The notes: generated from the sequence alone by a model not told the origin. Shown: positions 19,186 to 28,319, counted from the first letter of the stretch. The stretch: 64,000 bases of DNA from an uncultured Sandaracinaceae bacterium (GCA_964495565.1 CAZBWQ010000001.1:52166-116165), one strand, 5' to 3'. A program made the numbers and translations.

Positions 19186-19650
19186 ATGCACTCTCTGAAG
19201 CAAGCAAAACCAAATGATCCTGGACACTTCGATTGGAACTCCGAAGCCGGCCGGGAGGAGGCGCTTTGCACGATCTTGGCAATCGCCCTCGACCCGGAGA
19301 CCGCCGCATGGTGTGCGGGGCGCTCGAGCGCGGGGTCGGTCCATCGTTGGCCCTCGACGCTCTATCGGCTCTTGGCCCGGGCCGCTCTCGAATCGAGCGC
19401 GGTGTGGCGTCGATGCGCGACCGCCCTCGATCTGGCGCTTGCCGACGCGCTCCCCTCGTTCGTCGATCGCCCGGCGGTCGAGCTCGCCGAGCTGTTCGTC
19501 GACGGGCGCGAATCGCTGACCGGCCACGAGCTCGCGGCGGTTCTGTGGTGCCTGATACGGCGTCGTTCGGTCTCCCATGACCTGGTGGCAGCGCGTCTGG
19601 GTCTCGAGCTGCAGGTCGTCGCGGCACGCCGGCTGCATCAAGCGCTCTGA
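19186..19650 (+). CDS. hypothetical protein (154 aa, predicted helical)
   Basis: This is the 3' part of chimeric ORF 18340..19650. AGGAAGG lies 6 nt upstream of the ATG at 19186. GC3 bias is good, and I recognise no family. Confidence 0.5.
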   Translation: MHSLKQAKPNDPGHFDWNSEAGREEALCTILAIALDPETAAWCAGRSSAGSVHRWPSTLYRLLARAALESSAVWRRCATALDLALADALPSFVDRPAVELAELFVDGRESLTGHELAAVLWCLIRRRSVSHDLVAARLGLELQVVAARRLHQAL

Positions 19651-19736
19651 GCGCTCGCAAGGCCGTTCTCGCCGGACGTGCTACCTAGACGCACTGGCGC
19701 CGTCTCGTCCCCGAGGCCCCGAGCGCCTCGACGCGC

Positions 19737-20462
19737 ATGCACCCAGACCCCTCCGCACCTCGTCCCGCGCCCGTACCCACCTCGATCCACGTGATCTACC
19801 GCGATGACGCCATCGTGGTCGTCGACAAACCTTCGGGCCTGTCTGTCCATCGCGGAGACGATCAAGGCTGCACCTTCGCCCTCAACCTCACTCGAAATGC
19901 CATCGGGCAGTGGGTCTATCCGGTTCATCGGCTCGATCGCGCGACCAGCGGGGTGCTGGTGTTCGCGCTTTCCCCCGAGCACGCAAGGACGCTTCACGAG
20001 TCGTTCGACAGCCGAGCGGTGCGAAAAACGTATCTCGCGCTCGTTCGAGGCACGCCGCCGCAGCGCGGTGTGATCGAAAGCCCCATGGAAAAGCGCGAAG
20101 GCGGTCCCGATGTCGATGCAAAGACGGAATACGAAACGCTGTTCGTGTCCGACCATCGTCTTTCGTGGGTGCGGGTCTGGCCGCACACCGGTCGGCGCCA
20201 TCAGATTCGACGCCATCTGCGTCGGATCGATCATCCGCTGGCCGGGGACGTTCGGTATGGGAACGGTCGCGACAACCGGCGCTATCGCGCGGAGCTCGGC
20301 CTTTATCGTCTCGCGCTGCACGCTCGAGCGCTTTCGTTTCTGCACCCGGTGACCCGCCAACGCGTGACTTTCGACAGCGCCGTCCCAGACGATCTCTGCG
20401 AGCCGCTTCGGCGCGTGGGGATTCCCGAGAGCTTGTTCGCTGCGCCCGAAGCGGTTGACTAA
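19737..20462 (+). CDS. truC: RluA-family pseudouridine synthase (TruC-like)
   Basis: The catalytic motif HRLDRATSGVLVFA is present. At 241 aa with no S4 domain, the size fits TruC. Confidence 0.8.
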   Translation: MHPDPSAPRPAPVPTSIHVIYRDDAIVVVDKPSGLSVHRGDDQGCTFALNLTRNAIGQWVYPVHRLDRATSGVLVFALSPEHARTLHESFDSRAVRKTYLALVRGTPPQRGVIESPMEKREGGPDVDAKTEYETLFVSDHRLSWVRVWPHTGRRHQIRRHLRRIDHPLAGDVRYGNGRDNRRYRAELGLYRLALHARALSFLHPVTRQRVTFDSAVPDDLCEPLRRVGIPESLFAAPEAVD

Positions 20463-21505
20463 GCGCTCGGGGCACCGCGCCGCTCGAGATCGTGGACGAG
20501 CCGGTCGGCGCTCATCCGTGGAGAGCCCTCGGCGGCGCGCTCGGCTTCGTGAATCAGCTCCACGACGCGCTGATTGTAGGGTGCTTCGAGACCCTGGCCT
20601 TCGGCCAGCCGAACGATCTCCCCGTTGAGAAACTCGACCTCCGTCCGGCGGCGGCGCTGCAGATCTTGCCACATCGAAGCACGGGACTCCGGATCGACGC
20701 GAAGCTGGGCCCGCACGACGAGTCGCACCAAAAAAGTGGGCAGCTTGAACACCAACGACATCATGCGCAGCGGGACTCCACGGAAGCTCGCCGTCGGGAT
20801 GCCAGCCGCGCCCAAAACGTGCAGGGCCTCGTCGAGGAGCATGGTCATGACCCGTCGGTATCCGCGCGACAGGATCATCTCGCGCGTGGACGCATCCGAC
20901 AACGCGCTGACTGCATTGTTCAAATTGACCACGAGCTTGGTCCATTGCTCGGGGGCGATGTCGTCGACCTCCTCCACTTCGATCCCGGAGGCCCGCAGTG
21001 CGTGCACCCAACGGTGATCATCTGGCGTGCTCTTCGTCTCCAAGACCAGCGGTCCGGTGGTCGTTTGACGCATGATGCCGCCGTCCTGCATCACGACGTT
21101 GAATCCGACCACGCTGGCGACGACGCGGTTTTCCGGAAGATGCTCGCGCAGGATCTCGGGGTTCCGCACCCCGTTTTGAAGGCTGACGACGACGGTGTGA
21201 GGCGCGAGCACCTCGCGAAGGGCTGCAGCCACGTCGGCGGTCGCTCCGCTCTTCACGCAGCACAAGACCACGTCACACGAACCAAGCGCTTTGGCATCCG
21301 TTTCGAACCGTATCTTCGATGCATCCACGTGGTCCTCGTCGTCGAATCCCCGCACCGTCAGGCCGTGCTGGTGCAGCGTCTTCTTCAAACCAGCGCGGCC
21401 GACGAACGTGACCTTCGCTCCGCTGCATGCGAGCCGTCCCCCGACGTAGCAGCCGATCGATCCCGCTCCCATGATGCCGAGGTTCAACGTCCGGGAAGAG
21501 CTCAT
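20459..21505 (-). CDS. panE: 2-dehydropantoate 2-reductase (ketopantoate reductase)
   Basis: The internal ATG at 21505 gives MSSSRTLNLGIMGAGSIGCYVGGRL, a GxGxxG Rossmann motif. The C-terminus is ApbA-like. Confidence 0.8.
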   Translation of the reverse strand: MSSSRTLNLGIMGAGSIGCYVGGRLACSGAKVTFVGRAGLKKTLHQHGLTVRGFDDEDHVDASKIRFETDAKALGSCDVVLCCVKSGATADVAAALREVLAPHTVVVSLQNGVRNPEILREHLPENRVVASVVGFNVVMQDGGIMRQTTTGPLVLETKSTPDDHRWVHALRASGIEVEEVDDIAPEQWTKLVVNLNNAVSALSDASTREMILSRGYRRVMTMLLDEALHVLGAAGIPTASFRGVPLRMMSLVFKLPTFLVRLVVRAQLRVDPESRASMWQDLQRRRRTEVEFLNGEIVRLAEGQGLEAPYNQRVVELIHEAERAAEGSPRMSADRLVHDLERRGAPSA

Positions 21506-21617
21506 GTGCTTCGGCGCGAGCATAGCGGCGCGAGCCAAGCGCGACAGCTTCGGGCCGGCCACGACCGGACGGTTTTTCCTTGCGCGCTGCGTCGAGGGAT
21601 GGTAGTTCTCGCGCAAT

Positions 21618-21632
21618 TGATTTTCATTTTCA
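21618..21632. promoter_or_regulatory. Fur-box-like operator TGATTTTCATTTTCA inside an AT-rich island (21615..21650)
   Basis: It matches the 7-1-7 Fur consensus TGATAATnATTATCA at 11 of 14 defined positions. It lies 24 nt upstream of the lipoprotein ATG at 21656. This is the only strongly AT-rich patch in the region. Confidence 0.5.
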
Positions 21633-21655
21633 ATATCAATAATGCGAGACCAACA

Positions 21656-23113
21656 ATGAAAATAGCGACTCGGTTCCTAGTTCTTGCGACCTTGGCCTCG
21701 TCTTTGGTGGCCTGTGGCGACGACGAAGACACAGCCAACGATCTGGTCGTCCCGGCGACCTATCGATTCGAGCGCGACGGCGCTTCGACCGTCGCGTACA
21801 CCGGCCAAATCACCCGACAAGTATTGATCGAGGATCTCGTAGGCCTGATGAAGACGATCAGCGAAGAGGTCCTCGCAGGCGAGAACCTCGACCGGTACGA
21901 CACGGCGGAGGAGGTCTATGCCTTGCTGACGCCGCTCTACGAGGAGGGGGGGATCGCCGATCCCAGCCGGCCGATTCCCGATCTGGTCGCCGAGGGCGAA
22001 GCCACCCTTCAGCAGACCTACGCCGATTTCAACGATGCGAACCTGAAGGGCAAGATCGCCGGCAACGACGCGGTGACCGATCACGCGGATTGGACCGGCG
22101 GTGACTTCGTCGGGTGGGAAACCTCGAATCTCGTCATCGACGGCGAAGGAATGCTCGGGGCGCCTGCGAGCCCCGAGGCGCTGTTGCTCGCGCTGTTTTG
22201 GACGTTTGCCGATCAGGCCGCGAGCGGAGCAGCCGGAAGCTTCCCCATCGATGCCGCGACATCGCTCTACCTGACGCCAGATGGGCACGATCTCACACAG
22301 CTCGTCGAGAAGTTCCTTCTGTCAGCCGTCAACTTCAGCCAGGTCGCCGACGATTATCTGGATGACGACGTGGCCGACAAAGGGCTGCTCGCCGCCAACG
22401 AGATCGACGGAGACGATCCGTACACCGTCCTCGAGCACTTTTGGGACGAGGGCTACGGGTATTGGGGGGCAGCCAGAGATTATGGCGCTTACACCGACGA
22501 AGAAATTGCCGCTTCCGGCGGTCGACCGGAATATGCGAACGGCTATCACGACACCGACGGCGACGGCGCCATCGACCTGAGGAGCGAATTCAACTTCGGC
22601 GCTTCGACCAATGCCGCCAAACGCGATCTTGGAAGCGCGGACTCCGCCAAGACCGACTTCACCGCCGAAGCGGACCTGGCTTGGCGCACGGGCCGCGCCA
22701 TCATCACGGATGCATACGAGACGGGCACCGAGGTCGACCTCGTCGCGCTCGGGGCGCAGCGGGACATCGCGGTCTTGGCTTGGGAAAAGGCGTACGCGGC
22801 AACCGCCATCCACTACATCAATCGAGTCTTGACCGACATGGATGCGATCGGAACGCCCGAATACAGCTTTGCCGACCATGCGAAGCACTGGTCCGAGCTC
22901 AAAGGCTTCGCCTTGAGCTTTCAGTTCAACCCTCGCTCGCCCATGAGCCAGGAGGATTTCGTCTCGTTGCACGAGGCGATCGGCGATGCTCCGATCGGCG
23001 CGTCGCAGACCTCGCCGACCGACGATGATGACTATCGGATGCGCTTGCTCAATGCACGAAACCTGATTGGAGATGCTTATGATTTCGACGAAGCGAATGT
23101 CACGGGTTGGTAG
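21656..23113 (+). CDS. DUF4856-like lipoprotein (imelysin-cluster partner)
   Basis: This is the 3' part of chimeric ORF 20492..23113. It has a signal peptide and lipobox (LASSLVACGDD). The segment PATYRFERDGASTVAYTGQITRQVL is DUF4856-like, from memory. A DxDxDG calcium-type loop is present (DTDGDGAID). Confidence 0.6.
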   Translation: MKIATRFLVLATLASSLVACGDDEDTANDLVVPATYRFERDGASTVAYTGQITRQVLIEDLVGLMKTISEEVLAGENLDRYDTAEEVYALLTPLYEEGGIADPSRPIPDLVAEGEATLQQTYADFNDANLKGKIAGNDAVTDHADWTGGDFVGWETSNLVIDGEGMLGAPASPEALLLALFWTFADQAASGAAGSFPIDAATSLYLTPDGHDLTQLVEKFLLSAVNFSQVADDYLDDDVADKGLLAANEIDGDDPYTVLEHFWDEGYGYWGAARDYGAYTDEEIAASGGRPEYANGYHDTDGDGAIDLRSEFNFGASTNAAKRDLGSADSAKTDFTAEADLAWRTGRAIITDAYETGTEVDLVALGAQRDIAVLAWEKAYAATAIHYINRVLTDMDAIGTPEYSFADHAKHWSELKGFALSFQFNPRSPMSQEDFVSLHEAIGDAPIGASQTSPTDDDDYRMRLLNARNLIGDAYDFDEANVTGW

Positions 23114-24293
23114 GCTCGGGGCGACGCTGGCTCTTTGCGCCGCGACTCTCAGTTGCAGCAGCGACAGCGGAGGCGCAGGCGGGAGCGGAGGAGACGGCGG
23201 TCTTCGGGCCGAGGTCTTGGCCGCGCTCGGCCAGAACGTGGTGGTGCCTCTGCAGGAGCGGTTTGCGGCGGATGCCTCGGCGTTGGAAGAGGCGCTCTCG
23301 CAGGCCACGCCCGAGTCTGGAGGACGAGTCGAGGCCCAAGAGGCCTGGGTGCAAGCCATGGCCACCTGGCAGCAGCTCGAGATCATGCAGCTCGGCCCGG
23401 CCGGGTCGAGCCTGACGGTGATGGGCGGGCAGGATCTCCGCGCCCGAATTTACAGCTGGCCCAATTTGAACTTGTGCCTCGTCGACCAGCAGACCGTCGA
23501 GGAGGGTTACGACGATCCCGACGTGATCGAGAGCACGGTAGGTGCTCCGCTCGGCCTTTGGGCCATCGAGTATCTCTTGTTCAACGAGGACCTCGCCAAC
23601 AACTGCTCACCGCTCAACACCATCAATCAAGACGGCACCTGGGAGGCCATGCTCGACATGATCCCCGAGCGTCGGCTCACCTACGCACACGCGCTTTCGA
23701 CCTTGGTGCGCCTCCGTGCGGACGAGCTCGTGGCGGCCTGGGCGCCGACTGGCGGGAACTTCATCGAGGAGCTCACGGATCCAGGACGCAGCGGCTCCGT
23801 GTATGGGACCGCGCAGGAAGGGCTCAACGCCGTTTCCGACGCGATGTTCTATCTCTACAAAGAGACGACGGACATGAAGGTCGGCGAGCCTCTCGGCCTC
23901 ATCAATTGCCTCGCCGAAACGTGCCCTGAGGCTCTGGAATCGCAATGGGCGGCTTGGTCGAAACAGCACGTGATCTCGAATCTGGAGGGCTTTCAGGCCC
24001 TCTTCCTCGGCACGACCACCCCCAGCCCTGGAGATACGGCGCTGGGGTTCGACGATTTGCTCGTCGACATGGGCGCTTCATCCGTTGCGACGGACATGGA
24101 GCAAGCCATCGCCGATGCCATCGCGGCGACCGAGGCGGTTCCAGGCACATTTCGTGACGCGCTGACCGCGGACCGCACCAGCATGGAGGACGCACATGCC
24201 GCCCTTTTGCGGGTGACGGACATTCTGAAGACCGACTTCGTGACGGTATTGGACCTCGAGGAGCCCGATCGGGCCGCCGGCGACAACGATTGA
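23079..24293 (+). CDS. imelysin-like (Peptidase_M75 family) lipoprotein
   Basis: GGAG lies 6 nt upstream of the ATG at 23079. A lipobox is present (LSCSS). The imelysin-type motif region LGLWAIEYLLFNED has Trp where peptidase members carry His. Confidence 0.7.
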   Translation: MISTKRMSRVGRLGATLALCAATLSCSSDSGGAGGSGGDGGLRAEVLAALGQNVVVPLQERFAADASALEEALSQATPESGGRVEAQEAWVQAMATWQQLEIMQLGPAGSSLTVMGGQDLRARIYSWPNLNLCLVDQQTVEEGYDDPDVIESTVGAPLGLWAIEYLLFNEDLANNCSPLNTINQDGTWEAMLDMIPERRLTYAHALSTLVRLRADELVAAWAPTGGNFIEELTDPGRSGSVYGTAQEGLNAVSDAMFYLYKETTDMKVGEPLGLINCLAETCPEALESQWAAWSKQHVISNLEGFQALFLGTTTPSPGDTALGFDDLLVDMGASSVATDMEQAIADAIAATEAVPGTFRDALTADRTSMEDAHAALLRVTDILKTDFVTVLDLEEPDRAAGDND

Positions 24294-24297
24294 CGCC

Positions 24298-25740
24298 ATG
24301 CTGACCGAGCTTCGCGAGAGGTTGCTCGAACCGAGGGATGCCGCCTCCTTGGCGGCATTCCGGTTCCTCTTTGGCGCGATCCTGTGCCTCAGCAGCATCC
24401 GGTTTCTTTGGAATGGCTGGGTCGAGCGCTTCTACGTCCGGCCCACGTTCTTTTTCAAGTACTGGGGTTTCGAGTGGGTCGAGGTGCTGCCCGAGCCTTG
24501 GATGACCGCGGCGTACGTGGCTTTGGCCGTGCTCGGCGCGTTCGTCGCCGTCGGCTTCCTCTATCGCGTCTCCATCATCGCGCTCTTCGTTCTGTTCACC
24601 TACGTCGAGCTCATCGACGTCACCAACTACCTGAACCACTACTACCTGGTCAGCCTGCTCGCCTTCTTGATGTGCTTCATGCCGCTCGGTCGGACCTATT
24701 CGGTCGATGCGCGGCTTTGGCCCGATGCCAGGCGGGGCACCGTTCCGGCGTGGATGCTGTACTTGATGCGCTTCCAGATCGGCGTCGTGTACTTCTACGC
24801 AGGGATCGCGAAGCTCCAACCCGACTGGCTCGTTCATGCACAGCCCTTGGGGATCTGGCTCGCGGCGCGCACCGAAACGCCCATCATCGGCGCGCTGCTC
24901 ACGTGGCCCGCCATGCCGCACATCATGAGCTGGGCCGGCTTTTTGAACGATACGCTGGTCGTGCCGTTTCTCCTGTGGCGAAAGACGCGGCCATACGCGT
25001 TCGCGACGGTCTTCGTGTTTCACCTGTGCACGCACCTCTTGTTCGTGATCGGGGTCTTCCCCTTCTTGATGGTGAGCGGCGCGACGCTGTTCTTCGACGC
25101 GGATTGGCCGCGCAAGCTCGTGCAGCGTCTTCGCGGTTCGGCGATCGGGCAGCGCGGTGTGGCTGATTCTTTGGAAGCGAGCGCGCGGCAGCAGACGGCT
25201 CCGGCGGGCCGATGGTCGCCTATGGCTGCGACGCTAGTCGCTGGGTACTGCATCTTCCAGGTTCTGATGCCTCTTCGTACCTTCGCGTATCCGGGCGACG
25301 TGCTTTGGCACGAGCAGGGCATGCGGTACTCGTGGCGGGTGATGGTGCGCGAAAAGAACGGCAGCATTCGCTATCGAGTCCGTTGGCGCGATGCCGATCG
25401 CGAGGTGCTCGTCTCCCCGAGCCAATACCTCACGATGCACCAGGAGCGAGAGATGTCGGGTCAGCCCGATCTGATCTTGCAGTTGGCCCACCGGATTGCC
25501 GAGGACTTCGAGAGCCGCGGCCATCAGGACATCGAAGTCCGGGTCGATGCGCTGGTTTCGCTCAACGGCCGGCGGGCGGTTCCGATGATCGATCCCCATG
25601 CGAATCTGGTAGACCAGCCCGACACGATCGCCGTGATGCCTTGGATCTCCCAGTCGCCGCCAGATGATCCTCTGCGTGCTTATCCTCGCGGCGGCTCCTC
25701 GCTCGACCTGGTTGCCACGTTTGCCCGAGGATCGAAGTGA
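24298..25740 (+). CDS. vitamin K-dependent gamma-carboxylase homolog (HTTM domain plus lumenal-type C-terminal domain)
   Basis: The N-terminus (ASLAAFRFLFGAILCLSSIRF ... YVELIDVTNYLNHYYLVSLLAFLMCF) resembles the human GGCX N-terminal/HTTM region. The C-terminus (WHEQGMRYSWRVMVREKNGSIRYRV ... VSLNGRRAVPMIDP) resembles its lumenal domain. Both comparisons are from memory. Confidence 0.85.
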   Translation: MLTELRERLLEPRDAASLAAFRFLFGAILCLSSIRFLWNGWVERFYVRPTFFFKYWGFEWVEVLPEPWMTAAYVALAVLGAFVAVGFLYRVSIIALFVLFTYVELIDVTNYLNHYYLVSLLAFLMCFMPLGRTYSVDARLWPDARRGTVPAWMLYLMRFQIGVVYFYAGIAKLQPDWLVHAQPLGIWLAARTETPIIGALLTWPAMPHIMSWAGFLNDTLVVPFLLWRKTRPYAFATVFVFHLCTHLLFVIGVFPFLMVSGATLFFDADWPRKLVQRLRGSAIGQRGVADSLEASARQQTAPAGRWSPMAATLVAGYCIFQVLMPLRTFAYPGDVLWHEQGMRYSWRVMVREKNGSIRYRVRWRDADREVLVSPSQYLTMHQEREMSGQPDLILQLAHRIAEDFESRGHQDIEVRVDALVSLNGRRAVPMIDPHANLVDQPDTIAVMPWISQSPPDDPLRAYPRGGSSLDLVATFARGSK

Positions 25741-28229
25741 GCCGAGTCGGTTCGAGAGGTCGCTCGCCGTCGCAAGGATGGCTTCGATGCTGTCTGGCGA
25801 TTGCGTTGCTCGTTGGATGGAGTCGCGCTCGCGCGCAAGAGGCGGAAGTGCCTCCCGACCCTCCCGTGGGGTCGCAGCCACCAGCTCCGGCCGAACCGCC
25901 GGACCAGGAAGCGGCGCCCGAGGACAGCGTCGACGATGCGATGCTGGAAGAGGAGCTCGATCTTCTCGAGGAGCAGGTCTTCGAGGAAGACGAAGGGGCC
26001 GAAACGGTGGCCCCTTCCGAAGCCGACGCTCGCGAAGCTGCGGAGCCTCGAGCGCGAATCCCCGGCGATGAGCCGATGCCGGAGCTTCGCGAGGTGACGG
26101 TCCGCTACACGCCCGAGGACATCTTTCGGATGGGCGGGTCGGTCCAGACTCTCGATCAGAGGCAGTTGGAGACGCTGCAATACGACGACCCCAATGCCGT
26201 GTTGCTGCAAGTGCCGGGTGTGTACATCCGCCAGGAAGATGGTTTCGGCTTGCGCCCCAACATCGGTCTTCGCGGCACGAACCCGAACCGAAGCTCGAAG
26301 GTCACTTTGATGGAGGACGGCGTGCTTTTCGGGCCTGCGCCGTATTCGGCTCCGGCTGCTTACTACTTTCCGATGATGGGGCGCATCACCGGCGTCGAGG
26401 TGTTCAAGGGGCCGGCGGCAATTCTGTATGGACCGCAGACCGTGGCGGGCGCGATCAACTACCTGAGCCGACCCGTTCCCGAGGAGCCACGCGGCCAAAT
26501 CGACCTTTCGTACGGACGCTTTCAAACGTTCCGTGGTCATTTGCACTACGGACGACAGAACGATTGGGGCGGATTCGTCATCGAGGGAATCCACCTCGGG
26601 ACGCAAGGGTTCAAGGAAATCGACGGCGGATTCGGGCGCGGCAATACCGGGTTTCAACGAAGCGAGCTTCTCTTCAAAGGGCACGTCAACAACGACCTCT
26701 CATCCCATGCCTTCAACCGGCTCACCGTGAAGTTCGTGGGCTCGCGCGAGAGCTCGAACGAGACCTACCTCGGTCTCACCGACGAAGATTTCGGGAACGA
26801 CCCGTATCGTCGCTATGCGGCAAGCCAGCTCGACAACATGCAGTGGTGGCGCACGGCCGTGTCGTTGACTCACAACCTCGCCGTCGGCGAGCGCATTCGC
26901 CTCGAGACGACCGCGTATCGACACGACTTCGACCGAACTTGGGAGCGGCTGAATCAGTTCCGCGATGGAACCCAGTTTCTCGACGTGCTCACTCGGCCGA
27001 ACACTCCGCCGCTCGACAGCTACTATTTGGTGCTCTCGGGCCAACAAAACTCTCCATCGGTCGATGGGGGGACCGGCAATCAGGACCTGATGATCATCAG
27101 CAACAAGCGCCGGTTCGTGGCGATGGGGGTTCAAACTCGGCTCCGGGCCGACTTCGACACTGGCAAGGTGCACCACGAGATCGAGTCAGGGCTTCGTTTT
27201 CACTACGACTCCGTCGATCGCTTTCAGCCCGAGGAAGGGTACCGCATGGAGAACATGCAGCTCGTCTGGGACGGTCTGACCTACCAACAAAACCCGGATC
27301 TGCTGCGCGACGACAACAAAGGGGAGGCTCAGGCGCTCGCCGGCTATCTGATGTACGGCATCGAAGTAGCCGACTTCGTGATCAAGCCCGGCGTTCGCGT
27401 CGAGTACATCCGCACCTTCTTCGAGGACGAGAAAGATGCGCCCGAGCTCGGCCGCGTCCAAGAAGATCCCCAGCTCGTGTTTTTGCCCGGCATCGGGCTT
27501 CAGTACACCATCTTCGAAGGCTTCGCTGCGCTTGCTGGTGTGCATCGGGGCTTCAGTGCAGTGACGCCAGGCAACCGCGACACCGCGGATCCCGAGCTTT
27601 CCATCAACTACGAAGGGGGTTTTCGCTACGTGACCAAGGATTCCCTCGGGTTTGCCGAGGCCATCGGCTTCTTCAACGACTACAGCAACATCACGAGCGA
27701 ATGCACGCTGTCTAGCGGATGCAACCCCGACTTGGTCAACGAACAGTTCAACAACGGGCGGGCCTTCATCGGGGGCATCGAGGTGCTGGGTGGGTACAGC
27801 GTCCCCCTTCCGCGCGAGCTCAACATGCCTCTGCGCGTCTCGTACACGTACACCAAGGCCACGTACAGGACGACGTTCGATTCTCCAGACCCCACGATTG
27901 GGGACGTCACCAAAGGGGATCCGATTCCTTACGTGCCCGCACACGTTCTGAACGCGCAGCTCGGATTGGAGCAGACCCACTGGGGCACCTATCTCGTCGG
28001 CAATTACTTCGGCAGGATGCCCGAAGGCGTCGTGGGTGTGCAGCCGCTTCCGGACACCGATGGTTATTTCGTCCTCGACATCGTGGGACGCGTCCGCTTC
28101 GAGCCGGTCGAGGCGTACGTACGTCTGCAGAACGTCACCAACACACAGGCGATCGTCGCGCGGCGCCCGTTTGGCGCCCGGCCGAACGCCCCATTTTCGT
28201 TCCAGATCGGGGCTCAAGTCACCTTCTAA
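25737..28229 (+). CDS. TonB-dependent receptor with acidic Pro/Glu-rich N-terminal extension
   Basis: A GTGA overlap joins it to the HTTM gene stop. It has a signal peptide (...GWSRARA/QEAE) and plug motifs (VTVRYTPEDIF..., VYIRQEDGFGLRPNIGLRG). The terminal beta-strand ends in ...FSFQIGAQVTF. Confidence 0.9.
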   Translation: MSRVGSRGRSPSQGWLRCCLAIALLVGWSRARAQEAEVPPDPPVGSQPPAPAEPPDQEAAPEDSVDDAMLEEELDLLEEQVFEEDEGAETVAPSEADAREAAEPRARIPGDEPMPELREVTVRYTPEDIFRMGGSVQTLDQRQLETLQYDDPNAVLLQVPGVYIRQEDGFGLRPNIGLRGTNPNRSSKVTLMEDGVLFGPAPYSAPAAYYFPMMGRITGVEVFKGPAAILYGPQTVAGAINYLSRPVPEEPRGQIDLSYGRFQTFRGHLHYGRQNDWGGFVIEGIHLGTQGFKEIDGGFGRGNTGFQRSELLFKGHVNNDLSSHAFNRLTVKFVGSRESSNETYLGLTDEDFGNDPYRRYAASQLDNMQWWRTAVSLTHNLAVGERIRLETTAYRHDFDRTWERLNQFRDGTQFLDVLTRPNTPPLDSYYLVLSGQQNSPSVDGGTGNQDLMIISNKRRFVAMGVQTRLRADFDTGKVHHEIESGLRFHYDSVDRFQPEEGYRMENMQLVWDGLTYQQNPDLLRDDNKGEAQALAGYLMYGIEVADFVIKPGVRVEYIRTFFEDEKDAPELGRVQEDPQLVFLPGIGLQYTIFEGFAALAGVHRGFSAVTPGNRDTADPELSINYEGGFRYVTKDSLGFAEAIGFFNDYSNITSECTLSSGCNPDLVNEQFNNGRAFIGGIEVLGGYSVPLPRELNMPLRVSYTYTKATYRTTFDSPDPTIGDVTKGDPIPYVPAHVLNAQLGLEQTHWGTYLVGNYFGRMPEGVVGVQPLPDTDGYFVLDIVGRVRFEPVEAYVRLQNVTNTQAIVARRPFGARPNAPFSFQIGAQVTF

Positions 28230-28291
28230 GCACTTGGAATCCTTCAGCTCTGCTCCCTTGGCAAAAGCTTGGCGGAAAGACTTGTTGAAGA

Positions 28292-28306
28292 TGATTTTCA
28301 ATGTCA
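28292..28306. promoter_or_regulatory. second Fur-box-like site TGATTTTCAATGTCA upstream of tonB
   Basis: It shares the TGATTTTCA half-site with the box at 21618 and matches the 7-1-7 consensus at 10 of 14 positions. It lies 14 nt upstream of the ATG at 28320. Confidence 0.4.
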
Positions 28307-28319
28307 AGGTTATCCCCTC

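Noticed and set aside
23902-25035. 377-aa minus-strand ORF, and similarly 27186..28367 (393 aa)
   Set aside because: These are antisense to the imelysin/HTTM genes and the TonB-dependent receptor gene respectively. Neither has motifs, and both have shadow-frame composition.
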